Positions 37,601 to 50,586 of a stretch of 64,000 nucleotides of DNA are shown one piece after another; position 1 is the stretch's first letter; the number at the start of each line of letters is the position of its first letter. The notes below the pieces were generated by a model, which was not told where the DNA came from, made no database searches, and worked only from the letters and a program-made list of their open reading frames with translations. Source of the DNA: Antedon mediterranea (lineage: Eukaryota > Animalia > Echinodermata); the NCBI RefSeq assembly GCF_964355755.1, contig NC_092678.1, forward strand, positions 5,162,422 through 5,226,421, read 5' to 3'. The position numbers and the translations under genes were made by a program.

Positions 37601-38557
37601 AACATTATCTAAATAAAATCAGAAAATTAAGCTCTTCTGACTCAATGGAAATAGATTTGATTTAAATTTAATAATTGAATATTATAGAAACCTCAAAGGA
37701 AAAGTAAACATACTGTATTTCTGACCTTTACCAAAATATCTTGTAATAAATTAGATTACAATGATTGAATATAAAAACCTCACCAGCGTAGGAAACGTAA
37801 TATTCATATTCACATTAACTAAATTTACATGTATTAAATGATTAATGCAAACCATAGCGTCAATTATTTCATAATTCAATTCACAATACGACACAATTTT
37901 GCATGACACTTTTGTAAATTAGCGAATAACTTAAACCATGGGGTAGCATAATGATTTGATTCACACACTTTCTTATGACTTGCTTTCTAGACCGTATACA
38001 GATGCGATTTTCTTAATCTACAAATCCAAGAACCGCTACAAGTTGCGCCAGATACCGTGGAAACTTACATGAGGACATTAAAAAACCCAGTCGAGCGACT
38101 ACCGAAAGAAAGTTTTCACGTTGTTGTGTTTTCGCTTTTGTTATCGTACTTTCCTTCTCCGTATCAACGCTGGATATGCTGTCAAAAAGCGCACGAGTTG
38201 CTGCAGCTGAACGGTCTGTTATTGATCGTCACCCCGGACTCTTCACATCAAAATAAACATGCGAAAATGGTAACAAGTTGGAAGGAGGGCATCGAGGCGC
38301 TTGGGTTCAAGCGTTGCACATACGTGAAAGATACGCATTTACATTATATGGCGTTTAGAAAAGTTAAATTAAAACAACCTAGATATACGTTGGATGTTGG
38401 GCCGGATAATTTGTATATTCCGCAAGATTTTAGCGAGGAAAGTGATGAAAGCGTTTTTTGTGATAGTTTTAACGCATCAAAATTTGACAATGATGATGTT
38501 AGTGACACTTTTAACGAGCTTCCTGGTGGAGATGAGGAAGAATGGTTTTTAATTTGA
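19648..38557 (+). CDS. SAMTOR: S-adenosylmethionine sensor upstream of mTORC1 (SAMTOR/BMT2/C7orf60)
   Basis: Exons 19648-19741 ([14 protein letters not shown]), 30252-30537 ([19 protein letters not shown]), 37210-37324 ([12 protein letters not shown]) and 37991-38557 ([38 protein letters not shown]) splice in frame. Confidence 0.93.
19768..20970. mobile_element. Composite non-autonomous DNA element(s) in SAMTOR intron 1
   Basis: Degenerate inverted ends (CCAAATAAAAAAA..TAAGCGTCAC / GTGACGCTTAA..TTTTTTATTTGG) enclose an hAT-like terminus CAGGGCTCGAAATT at ~19903. Confidence 0.4.
21108..24259. repeat. 51-bp minisatellite, ~62 copies, with a 1449-bp higher-order duplication
   Basis: Unit GAACAAGTAACTTGGAGGTGTACTAGTGCACTTATCCCCCTGCTGGTCTGT. 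Diagnostic variants recur 1449 bp apart. Confidence 0.97.
26140..26211 (+). tRNA. tRNA-like cloverleaf with anticodon ATC (probably a SINE head or pseudogene)
   Basis: Stems GCCCCAG/TTGGGGC (acceptor), GTCT/GGAC (D), TCTGC-ATATCAA-GCAGG (anticodon) and CCGAG-TTCGAGT-CTCGG (T). A and B boxes present, TTTTT immediately downstream. Confidence 0.5.
26541..26905. mobile_element. PIF/Harbinger-like MITE
   Basis: ~38-bp TIRs GGGCCTGTTCAGACCTACGGAGTTATGCTTTCGTAT / ATACGAAAGCATAACTCCATAGATCTGAACATACCC with a TTA duplication. Confidence 0.8.
27477..27822. mobile_element. TTAA-targeting MITE (Kolobok- or piggyBac-like); related end at ~12260
   Basis: TIRs AGATGTATTGTCCCC / GGGGACAATACATCT flanked by TTAA on both sides. 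Confidence 0.75.
31748..31960 (-). mobile_element. tRNA-derived SINE
   Basis: Minus strand has an AGCCGAGTGGTTAGG A-box, a GGGTTAAATTCCC B-box, central CCAGTCCACTCAGCTGTAAATGAGTACC and a CCTTTACCTTTT tail. Confidence 0.65.
33064..33922 (+). mobile_element. 5'-truncated RTE-like LINE with an uninterrupted RT C-terminal ORF
   Basis: Motifs [28 protein letters not shown] and RPVGRPR. The stop is followed directly by (CAA)n. 10-bp TSD ACATCATAAC at 33054-33063 and 33923-33932. Confidence 0.88.
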
Positions 38558-39385
38558 ATAACATGACACTTGATTATTTTTTATTAAACAACATTTAGCT
38601 TACATCAGCATTTTCACTTGATCCTTCGTTTCACTCACTTGTCAAGATGCTGTGTTAATAGATATCTTACTGTAATGAATGACCAAATCGTCTGGATCTG
38701 CATCGACGTCATTTGTTTATATTTAATCTGCGCAAGGCTTTAATTTAAAGGGCATAAATTATTATAATGGCACGCTAACTACATCAAGTACAATATTGCT
38801 TTACAAGGGAAAACGATTAACAAATTATGTAGAAAATTGTATTTATTAGGTTTCAAATGGATACCCTCTCCTGTTAATAATTTAATTTTGGGTTTTATTT
38901 TGTTTTCTTAAAATGATCTGTAGTTAGACTCAGTTGACCTGAGAAACACTTCTTTCTTTTAGACTATAATCATTTTGTTGAAACTGAAATAAGCAATTAG
39001 GAGCGACAGTAATGTTATTGAATCTCCGTGTTCCCTGATTGAATAAAAAAAAGTACAAAACTGAAAGCTTTTTTGTAATTTTTAAGTTGATGTTTAAATC
39101 TTGAATTTGAGATGATAAATTATGGTTTGATATTCAACAAATTTAATATGGTGAACCATGGAAACCCTTTTCTTGGAGAAGCCTGGTGGGAAAGAATTTA
39201 ATTTTTTTATAACCGGGATGGTTTTAAACAGGAAGTGGGGTTCCTTGATAAGTGACTGTGGTAAAAAATGTACAAAACACTCAAATTTACTTCAGGAAAA
39301 ATGTAGAAATTTAATACTGATATGTATAAACTAATAATACCAATATGGGTTTGATAAAATTCTCTCAAAGGTATGTCAGCCACAA

Positions 39386-42300
39386 TTACAACTTTTCAAA
39401 TGGAAATAAATGTGTACTGTCTTTGGAATGTTTCATATCCCTGTTTAGAGGAAATGCCATGGTGACATCACTGACACTCTCATCCTGATTGGGCGGTATA
39501 TCTTCGTAACTACTTTGAAATCGTCTGTTTAACCTCTCTCGAATTAGTAACCCTTTGGTGAGTTGGCGCCAATTCTTTAGAGCTCTTAATTCACGTTTCT
39601 AAATAAAATCATAATATAAAATTAGTAATAAAGGAAGAATGTGTGAAGCAGCGTGAAATTGCCTATGGAATTGCTTGTGTCCTTAGGAACTCTCTCTACC
39701 CATGTGTGACCTGGTAGGGTCAAACACAATTGCGCTGATTACTAGCTGCATAATTATGGGGGGGCTGTCCACATGTGTTTGTTCTATGACCAAGGTGATT
39801 CTTTCCTGGTAATTCTTTAAGCATTAAGCGCTTATAAGAATAACATCCAGTATTATCATTGATTGGTTAAGTATGTCCAGATGTGATTTCATTTTAATTG
39901 TGTTTACCTCATCGTTCTTTCTTTCTGTCTCTAACTGTTCTTTTTGCCACGCATCTAACAAGATTTCCTGGAATTCCTCACAGACGACAACTCCATCAAA
40001 ACTATAAACACATTTATTTATTTTTTACTATACACCAGTCTAATAATAATATCTCAATTATACATTCTTATGATACACAGTGTATCCTTTTAGACTCCTA
40101 TACCAATTTATACATAGGTAACTTTCCTATCAACAATTTTCATAATGGGGACTTTTCAATTTGCAATGACCTACGACCTATGCAAGTTGTGTCGTTGTCT
40201 GTACCTAGAGTCTAGTGAGGAAGGATGTCCCAACGTCCATGCATGTGCACAATTAATTAACATGACACTAATTCACCTAGAGCATCGCAAATCAAAAACC
40301 TTCCCATTGTGGTACGATGGTGATTCAATAACAAATCATCGTTTTCATTTTGTCCCCCATAATTTTCAGAATTAGTACCATATTATGAACGTTTTTTCAT
40401 GAAGCATACATGTTATTTGCTATTGTGTATGATTGCATGTCCAATTTCTCTACTTACACCGGATGGCTGTATCCGCAGTGGAAATCCCAACCCACCATTG
40501 CTTGTGCACAATCTATGTCCAACTTCCGTGCTACTTTGTTCAGGCCTGGAACTAATAACCATAAGAAAATAAAAATCAATATTATTAAAAAACACAATGT
40601 ACAAATCAGAGGGTGCAATAAAACTTTGATGTTATGTTATTAATCAAAACATTAATTCTTACTTTGAAGATGGACGGTTCCTGGGGGAAGCATTTCGGGT
40701 TTGTAAAGCTCCACATTACCATGCTCATTGCGAGGTACCTTGCCGTCAACCGCTGGGGGCGCCATAAACTTCTCAGTCTGCCAATGACCATAGACTGCTA
40801 CTGGTGGTGGTGTCTCGCCTGTCTTTTTGTGATGCTATTAAAAAAAATCAATTAATACTTATATATCGAACCAAAAAACTTTATAAGTTTTCACAAAGAA
40901 TTCTCTTATAGCTTACCGGTTTCGGTCTAGCTTTTACAAACTTATAAGGTTCCTCTCCAATACGTACGGCCCGTGCTTCTTTTATCCATGTCTCTTTTGC
41001 GTGAAGCTAGAAATAATTAAAAAATTAAGGTTGTACTCTTGGAGATTCTCTTGCATTTTAATGTGATGTACCACAATTAATATTGATTTATTTTTTTCTT
41101 ATATATGAAATGAAAGTACAGTAATATTTGTTTTTGAAAGAACAATGGAAAAACTGCACGTACCTCATGGACACAGTCACGTGAATATATAGCTTCACCA
41201 CGACAATAACCAAGTATTTCCGCCGTTTTTGGATAAATCGCTTCAAATTTCAACAGATGTCTCTTGAGGGCATACCTGCAAATGAAAACCATACGATGAT
41301 AATTTAACATTTAATTGCAATAACTCAGAGCTTTGTCCTCTATCTCCGCTTAAACCGCACGACCGTTACTCAAGCTGTTAAAGCTTGGGTACTTTTTTAG
41401 CCATTCGGCTTTTATTTGTTGCGATGGTCAAATTACATGTTTACCGATTCTTGGCATTATTCTCTACGACCTGTATGAATTAGATAGTGGCCGTCCATTG
41501 GACAAGTAAACCGCTAGTTGCATTTAAATTTCAATACATTTGTATAGTTTAATCATGGACCTATAATTTATCATACCAAGTTTTAATGATACTTACAGCG
41601 GGTGGTTCTTGAATTCACTAACAGATGTAGGCATTGGTTTGTTCAACAGGTTTGCTGAAAAAATAAATACATACAGTTACAGTTACGAGTCATATTAAAC
41701 CGCCTCATGGATTGAACAGATACTTTACACACTCATAATTTGTTGCATTATAATTTACCATTTAACAGCTGGTCTTCTGTTTCGTTCTTATCACCGTTTT
41801 CTGTCTTGAATGGTTTCAGTGTAGCTAGCCACCATTTTGGTTTGATGTTATCAATTCTTAGTTTCCTGGTCTGTGTCATCCACTTTGATGCATACTTTTT
41901 GGTCAAATCTTTGATACTTCCATCTTAAATAGAAATATTTTAAAAGAAAAGATTAAAGATTTGGACCACCACCACCACCGTAATTAGAATCCATGCTTTG
42001 GATTAATTAATTTATTTAGTTTGGCACACTGGTACTAAAAATAAAATCTATTAAAAATGGCAGAATGTAGATGTTAAAAACAAAAAATGTTCACCTGTAG
42101 AGAAAGACATGATGTAGATAACAGGCTGTGTTGCATAGCTTTCACATTTCTCAGGATGGTTGATGACTCCTCTTAGGCAATCTATTGAAACCCACTTCTG
42201 AAGAGACTCCAGGTAAACTTCAACCCAAACATCAGTTCCAACTATCAAAAAAAAATAAAAAAGAAAAAGTTTCTTTTTTCTGTGTTTCTTTGGGAATATA

Positions 42301-45300
42301 AACACAATCATGATTCAATACTTTGTACCTACCTGATATGACTTTCTTTTTTTCTTTACCCTCCTTTGATTCAGACGCTGTAATCTTTGACCTTTTTGTG
42401 GCACTTGATTTTGGACATTTTGAAGTGCTTTTATCTTCCATCCAGTCTTCATCCGATTCTGGGTCACTGATCATGTCACAATCAGAACCATCTTTTGACC
42501 GTTCTACTTTAGAAGCATATTGTCTTCTTGACTTGTTTTTAGTTTTCAAATTTTTTGTTTTAATGACTTTGCTTGTGGATTTATCTTTGATTTGTTTTTT
42601 ATCAGATGGCTTCGATAATTCTCCATCTTTGGGGGATTTTTGATTTGGCTTCTGAAATGAAATTATTGAATGTCAAATTAAACAATGGAATAATAAAAAA
42701 TAACTGGAAGAAATGACACAAGGAGGGAACCAAAATTGTAGTAGTAGAAATGCATTTTGACTAAATTACCTTGATTATATTTTCTGTTTTTAACGAGATT
42801 GGCTGAAGAGAGAAAATTGTTCGTACATTCAGATGCAGATGATGTAAAAAACTTGCAAAAATCTAACAAAAAATGGAGTAAAAGAATTATCAAAAGCAAC
42901 AGTCTTATAGAAAAGGAAATATTATATTGAGCAATTTAAAAAGAAAACTGTTAGCATACATAGACAAATTCTGTTTCACTTGCAACTTCTAAGTCTTCAA
43001 AACGACTACAAAGTACTTCATCAAAGTTTTGTTTACTTTCTTCTTCTATCGTAGAACTTATTTTAAATTGTGACTGGAACCTGTAAAAAAAACAATGAAG
43101 TACAGTAAAGTGTGTTACCCACCACCCTAGCTAGACTTTCCCACCACCCTAGAGCTAGACTTGCCCACCACCCTAGCTAGACTTGCCCACCACCCTAGCT
43201 AGACTTGCCCACCACCCTAGCTAGACTTGCCCACCACCCTAGCTAGACTTGCCCACCACCCTAGCTATACTTTCCCAAAGTCTGTAGTTATTGCTTTGTA
43301 GAATTAAAATTGTCAGAGTTTTGATTTTTGTTTGTTAATATAAGGTTTGCGGTACACGACGTACAGTATTTTAGTTCTGAAAAGAACGGTTGATTTTTTC
43401 GATCAATATGCTTTGATCGTCCTCAGGAGTGAGAATTTGTTTGAATACTATAATAGTGAGCTCAGGTATGAAACGCCAAAATATTATCATTACGGTGTAC
43501 AACTTAAACTAAACCCTAGCAGACTTTCCTTTACTTACTTGCTAAAGAGGACACATTAATTAATGTTTGTAGCACATACTTACCAACGAACAAACCTGAC
43601 CAAAAAGGCAACATTAATGTTCTGAGTGTCAGTGAATTTATTAGGAATAACAGACATACTGAGAGCCTGCAGAGTGGCAGTGACACACACCCTCATGCGA
43701 TATCGTCCTAAGGCTAGAAGACAAAGCAGATGTGCCTACAAAGTAACAATTAAATATTGATTAATTTATCACATCTTTTTTTCTCGGCCTATATAACCAA
43801 TGTCAGAAAAATGGAATGAGCTTTTGGTTTTTTAGTTAAGTCAATCTATTGATGGCTTGATTGTTTAGTAACTTTTGTTAATTTAATCTCATTTTATTTT
43901 TGTTAAGTCCGAAATAAAGAAAAACGAAATGAATTGCATCAAGGGAAAATTGTTGATGTCAATTTGGAGGTATATAAATGTGTAACCATGGAGCTATAAA
44001 ATTAGATTGTATAGCTCCATAGAGCCTACTGCAGTTGTATTGGTAATCTACTGCAGTTGTAGTATTGCTACTCTGTCAACACATAAAAACAGAAACCTTG
44101 TGAACAGCTATTTGCTGCTCCTTATTGTGTCGATTGATTTCTCTTCTAAAATAGTCCTCCCAGAGCTCTTCTCTTCTAGAGGAAGAATAAAAGAAAAACA
44201 ACATATTATATTTTTATAGTAGTTCAGTTGCTTATGGTATATTGTATAATATGTAATAACACATAACAATTGTCGTATTCGATTGGGAACTTTCGTTGTC
44301 AACGTAAAGATTCGTTGAGTACTTTTTGTATTCGAATTGTAAATTTGTGCTCAACAGAAAGTCATTCGAATAGAAAACATTGACAACGAAACCTTTTTCG
44401 TTAAGAACAATCTCAACGCTCAAAATACTCCGTTAAAGAAGTACTCAACGGAAAAACTGTACTCAACGGTGAAAGTCTAAATCGAATATGACAAATGTTC
44501 ACTATTACTGTTCCTATTAACCATATCCTTGCTGTACATACAATACACCAAGGGAGCAAAGAACCTATTGTTGTTAAAACAATAGCCTTTGTTAATGTTT
44601 TTGTGTTCTTGTGTGGTTGCCAGTATCAGAAAGCATGAGAGGAATAACAACAGCAGTACTAAAGTAGAATCCTACTTCTTTTTCTTGGTGTTTATTGGTG
44701 AATCCATTGTAATCTCAATCACTTTGTTCTTCTTGTCTTCTGTGGCCATCTCTACAGGACTTTCTATTACACCTTCTAGTTCTGAAAAAAAAAGAAAATA
44801 AAATATATAAATAAATAAAAATAACAACTTGTTGTTTACTGCAGTAACTGTAGTAATATCAACATTGTCAATACTTTACCCTCCACTTCTTCCCAATCAT
44901 CTTCATCACTTTCGTCGTCATCATCACTGCTTTCGTTTTCTTTCTTCTTTTCTATTTTTTCGTTCATCATGCTGCGTTGCAAGTCACTTTTCAGTAACTT
45001 TCTTTCTGTGATTATTTTTTCTTTGACTGGTTTTTCTTTTATTGATTTTTCTTTGATATTTTTTCCCTTGATTCTTTTTTCTTTGATTGTAAGTTTTTCT
45101 TTCATCTTTTTATGATTTTTCTCTTGTTTTTCTGCTGGTTCATTTTTTTCTTCTTTATATTTGTTACTCATGCCGGGTTGCAATTCGCTTTTCAGCAATA
45201 CTTTTCCTTTGATTGTTTTTTCTTTAATTGTTTTTTCTTTGATCGTTTTTTCTTTTATTGTTTTTTCCTTTATCTTTTTATGATCTTTGTTTTGTTTTTC

Positions 45301-45579
45301 TGCTGGTTCATTTTTGTCTTCTTCTTTCGTCCTCTTTCTTGTGCCTGTATTTTCTGATTTGTTTACGTTGGATTTTTGTTTCTTTTTTGGTACAACATTC
45401 TTCTCCTCTATGGATGCGATTCTCTTTCTCTTCTCTGTTGTTTGTTTTCCGCTTTTATTTTCAACCGATTTTGTTTCTGTAACAGTTGATGTCATTTCTC
45501 CCTGTCTGTTTCCATCAGGCGCATTACACCTCCTACTTCTCCTTAAGTTCTTAGGATTACGCCTGGTATCTGTATCCAT
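39386..45579 (-). CDS. XPC: DNA repair protein XPC (Rad4 family), ~16 coding exons
   Basis: Motifs [103 protein letters not shown] and C-terminal HLFPFEKL*. First coding exon ~45579-44880, last 39598-39386. The start codon choice is uncertain. Confidence 0.93.
43118..43276. repeat. 22-bp minisatellite, ~7 copies, in an XPC intron
   Basis: Unit CCCACCACCCTAGCTAGACTTG. Confidence 0.9.
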
Positions 45580-45937
45580 GGGTCTACCCGACAGAAGTTG
45601 GCTATCCCCTGCTACCAACACTTCACCTTCGCCGGCTTCTGAAGATTGCAGCACAACCCCTTTCTTTGAAACGTGTTTTTTTATATTTCTTCCAATTTTA
45701 AAACTATATTTAAACAAAAATACTTATAACAGTAATGTCTGCTGACAGTTTATTATATTTATTCTACGATCAAGCAACAAAATTCTGTAAAAACCGTCTT
45801 TAAAACACGCATACCAGGATCGAAATAGACGCGTGTGCAGCGTGTTTTGTTTAATTGCTGTTATGTAAACACCTATGTCAAAGGTTATGTCAAAGGTTCT
45901 GACATAATAGGAAGCACGTGATCTAAATCTACGAAAC

Positions 45938-47019
45938 ATGGCCGATGAAATTGAAACGGTAATTTTTTTCACTTGCTTTATACACATTACTTACTAATTT
46001 ATATGTATTTATAAATATTTAAACAGTAGGTTATGGTAATAAACAAGATTGTAATGTATTCTAGCCTAGCATAAGATTACCAATTGCCACTGATTAAGCA
46101 GATAAATAGTTAGGCCCTATCGACCAGCAATAACACACAGCTGCAGAAAGCGTTTGTTGAGTCGTGAAGCCAAGGATTTCATAATAGAAGTCGTTTCGAC
46201 CCATCGGATTTACGACAATGTAAAATCGATGTTTCCATATTTGATTCGATGAATTGAAGTTTGTTTTCTTAGTTCTATCCTGGCCTACCTACCAGGCCTA
46301 ATAGTTAAATACCTAGCATATTTTCCTCCTAACTAATCTATTAAAAAAAAAAATAAACAATATTAAATTTTATTGTTTATATTCTATAAAATAAATTGTT
46401 TATATTTGATAAATTTTTATGTTGCAGCAAGCTCCAACAAATGCGGTAGAAGAGCCATTGGATCTGGTTCGACTCAGTCTTGACGAAAGAATCTATGTCA
46501 AAATGAGGAATGACCGTGAACTGAGAGGGCGTTTACATGTAGGTTTAACAAACAACATCAACAAATTAAAAAAGGCTCTACTACTGGCACTGTACACTCC
46601 TCCTCTTTATTACCTCTCCCACTCAGAATGCCATTTATGTGAAACCATAATAAAACTGTTATATAAACACAACTATAGACTAAGAGTTTGAATGTAATAA
46701 ATGTTATGTTTAATGTTTTTCCCACAGGCATATGATCAACATTTGAACATGATTCTTGGGGAAGCTGAGGAGACGGTTACAACAGTAGAAATTGATGAAG
46801 AAACTTACGAAGAGATTTACAAGGTATAATATCATACTGCCTGGACACTGACAGTACACAATAAATATTGAAAAAGCTAAAAATAATTACAGTAATATAT
46901 AATATAACTTGTTTTTTTTCATTTTCTTTTAGTCAACCAAACGGAATATTTCCATGTTGTTTGTGAGGGGCGATGGTGTGATCTTAGTATCACCACCACT
47001 ACGAGCAGGCGCTATGTGA
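45938..47019 (+). CDS. LSM3: U6 snRNA-associated Sm-like protein LSm3
   Basis: Exons 45938-45958, 46428-46538, 46728-46823 and 46933-47019 give [55 protein letters not shown]...[26 protein letters not shown]. Confidence 0.97.
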
Positions 47020-47157
47020 ATACCTTAATAGTATCGATAAAGTAGAGGGCGCTATGTGAATACCTTAACAGTATCCAGAAAGTAGAGGGCGCTATGTGAA
47101 TACCTTAGCAGTATCCAGAAAGTAGAGGGCGCTATGTGAATACCTCTATAAAGTAGA
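47008..47157 (+). repeat. 40-bp tandem repeat (~3.7 copies) starting at the LSM3 stop codon
   Basis: Unit GGCGCTATGTGAATACCTTAACAGTATCCAGAAAGTAGAG. Confidence 0.9.
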
Positions 47158-47442
47158 AAACATGAACTTTTTCCTCCAAACATTCCTTTTAAATGATTTT
47201 GTTCTTGAATAAGCATGAGAAGAAACTTTTTAGGAATAAAGCACCAATTTCATTTCGGAAATTATTTGTTTTTAAAATTTTAAACAACCCAACTTCAAAC
47301 TTCAATTTTTTTTTATAAAAAAAGAAAACAAAAGTTTATAATCACTGTACAGTCTATTATTTTAAATTTTTGTAATAAATTATTACAATAACAATAATTT
47401 CAGAACTTTTATTTAGTTGTTATTTTGAACTTATGCTGACCA

Positions 47443-49700
47443 TCAACTTTGTATATCTGGTTGGTCAAGATTAAGGCCACATAAATGGTCTGCCAATGAT
47501 TCAGTTATTTTGGCCTGTTGTTGACCATTATACTTGACATTATAGTACTCCTTTAGGAAGTCCAAGACAGCTGATGTTGAATTAAGCGTATTAAAGACCT
47601 TCTTTTCTGGTTTTGATGCTACACGTTCCATCATCGCAATAAGGTGATAGTGGAAACAGGGGAACGGTGTTCCAAGTCCGATGGCAAGATCAACCTACAT
47701 GAAATTAAAGCATGTTTAATATTCCAGTCTCTCAGTTTTTTGTCTGTCTTGACAGGAATGGGCCACTATAGGTAGGCCTGTTTTATTAATGATGAATTAT
47801 TAAAACATAAACATGGTCTAGGTGTAACATATTTTGTTTTGTGAACTCACCCAATCTTGAACACACTGTAAGGGTGTATTTTCATACCCAGCATACATTG
47901 CAGGATTTTGCAGCATTCCTCTTGCCGCCATGACACCTTAATATAAAACATTTTATAATTATCAACTTAATTTCTTTTTTTCTTCTGCATTAAACGCTAA
48001 TCGTCGCTAGACATTGCGCATCTTGCTTGTGTTCGCCAGTCTGAACAATTTTAGCAAGCATGTGAAAAGTTCTACTAGTAGTGGTGTTATAGCAATAATG
48101 TGTTTATTTCACTATGGAAACAGTTATACTGACCTTTAACCCCTGTATTTGCATGAACCTTCTCAACGTCTTCAAGGAACTTAATGTCACCATTAGCAAC
48201 CACTGGTATTGATAAACTATCATTGATTGTCTTGATTGCATCATAGTCTACAGGCTCCGTTCTCTGTTGGACGGTACGTCCATGAACTGTGACCCATGAT
48301 ATACCAGCATGCTCTGCTTTCTGACAAAGGTCTACAGTTTCTCTGTAATGAAAATGATGTGATGCAAAAGTTGCTAATATTTTTACACTATTTATCAATT
48401 AGCAGTAATTGCAGTAGAATTCATTATTTTAAAACTAAACGCAACTTGCCTTATGTTTTTATGTAGTCTAATTTTGATTGAAATTGAAAAATCTTTTTGG
48501 TTAATACGACTCTGTGTCTGTCGAACCATATCCCTGATTAACTCTGGTTTCTTGATAAGGTGGGCACCATACCCCTCCGCCATGGCCCATCTGAATAAAC
48601 AACATATAATGTTATCATTAATGATTTCTCTCAACTGAATGAACATAATGTTGTGATAATTTTGTTTTTGTATGCAATTCAATTTCTGACCTCTGAGGGC
48701 ACCCACAGTTCAAATCGACTCCATTTGCATATCTGAAGAAAAAAAAAGTTTGTTAAATATCATTACTTCACACCAAGTTGCACAAAAAAGTAATCACTTG
48801 TTTAATAATTATTGAGATAAATATGGTAGTTTTAATAAATAATAATAATAATGTTCAATTTAATATAGCGCAAAATGCAGGCGACTCTAAGCGCTGAACA
48901 ATCAACAAATTAATGTTGAGAGTGCAAATTGAAGATTTGAGGAATTGTGAGTGTGACTTACGGTGAGATTATTTCGGTTGCATCTGCTAAGTCCTTTGAA
49001 TTGCTGGCAGCAAACTGGACAACCAACGGATGATCATCTTCCAGAAAATTCAATATTAATAATAGATCCTAATAATGTTTTATATTTATTTATTTATTTT
49101 TTCTGTTCTATTCTTCCCTTTATTTTACTCATTGAATACATTTTTTTTGTGGCATGAAAACAAACATATCTACTAGTCCTTCAGTTGTGTACCGATTTTT
49201 AACTATAAAAGACGATGGAATGATTAAATAAACAATGCCGATACATACTTGAATTTGTTGTAAACTCACTGTCCCTTGCTTTAACAGATTTCACAAATGA
49301 GTTTGAGACAATCATCGGAGTAAATGCCACGTCACATTCATACCTACAAATAAACAATTGGCCAAAGGTCAAAGGTCAGTTTGCACTGAAATTTACTTAA
49401 TAAGATGCTGCATGATAATAAAGATGATGCCTTACCGTCTTATTAAAGTCCTAAAAGCTAACCTGAAAAGGAAAGAAAACAAACAAATTATTATTGTAAG
49501 TAACTCTTCTTGGTTTTAGTTAGTATAGAGTCAGCCTTGATTGATTTGTTCTGCGGTGCGGATAATTTGCTAACTTACTTGGAATATCTCACCATTGGAG
49601 CACAGATTTTCACAACTTTTTTTGATTTGAATAAATCTTCAACGATATTAATATTACTTCTTGCAATGTCGCCAGATTTTAAATTATTACATTTGTCCAT
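47443..49700 (-). CDS. DUS4L: tRNA-dihydrouridine(20a/20b) synthase-like
   Basis: Exons 49700-49579, 49462-49436, 49343-49249, 49037-48962, 48732-48691, 48590-48450, 48342-48134, 47937-47851 and 47695-47443. Motifs CAPMVRYSKLAFR, ARDSEFTTN, VQFAA, DLNCGCPQRWAMAEGYGA, TVHGRT and VANGD. Confidence 0.95.
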
Positions 49701-50586
49701 CGTATCAAAAAGTGATTACAAATACAAGGGAAGCGTGCATCACACCATCACACACACACACAAAGTCCTTGTCTCTTTCAAGACCACGTGCGTTTGTTTA
49801 CTTCCTGTTGCCATTTAAATCATGACATCATCACTAAGAGGTCAAAGGTAAACAAAATAAGTTAAAAACAACGTGTTTATGTTGCTCGCGCCAAGCCAAA
49901 GTAAAATTTCAGCTTTTTCGTTATTTTGCATTTAAAAGAATGCAAATATTAAATAGAAAGTCATAATTAATGTAATGTAAAATACTAGTACTATATTAGC
50001 ATTTAAGCTGGTTATGTGGGAGTCATTTAGGAATTTTAATTTAAAGTTTAGCTAGGCCTAGGCCTTATTAGGCTAGTAGTAGTAGGCTATCCGCTAGCTA
50101 GTGTAGTGAAGTAAGTTTACAAGTGAGTGTAGTAAGGCCCTAAAGGGAGGGCGGGTAGGATTGTCGGGCCGGGTGCGTGCCCTAGGTTAGTGTAGTGTGT
50201 AGATTAGATTGCTGCGTGGGATGAGGTACTACTTAGAGTGAGTACTGTATTAGGCCTAAGTGGATGACTCAAATTGTTATTGTTTATTATATTAATTAGT
50301 ATCTCATGATCATATAATAATTTTTAAAGTTTATAGTTATACCTTAAATTAAATTAAGCTAAAATATGTAGCCTACTTACTACTATTACAATAGTAGACT
50401 ACATATTTTAGTTTGAGGTATAAACTTTAAAAATAAATTATATGATCATGGGATTTGTGGTATAGGCCTATTAATATACAGTACTACTACTACTTCTGTT
50501 TTCATTGAAATTATTTGTATTTATTTTACAGGCATTTTGATATGTTGAAAAGATCATCATTTTTGTAAGCCTACGAAAACCTAACC

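Noticed and set aside
41310-41530. Hairpin plus T-run resembling a small Pol III RNA or snoRNA in an XPC intron
   Set aside because: No clear C/D, H/ACA or A/B boxes; weak inverted ends suggest a MITE remnant.
43118-43276. G-quadruplex potential of the 22-bp repeat
   Set aside because: A generic property of G-rich minisatellites; nothing supports a function.
45112-45745. Phe-rich hydrophobic ORFs on the + strand
   Set aside because: Antisense to the Lys/Glu-rich XPC exon.
49366-49378. Perfect DR1 element AGGTCAAAGGTCA in a DUS4L intron
   Set aside because: TGACCTTTGACC-type words recur in repeats across the window (e.g. ~8200, 9770, 60280), so one hit is uninformative.
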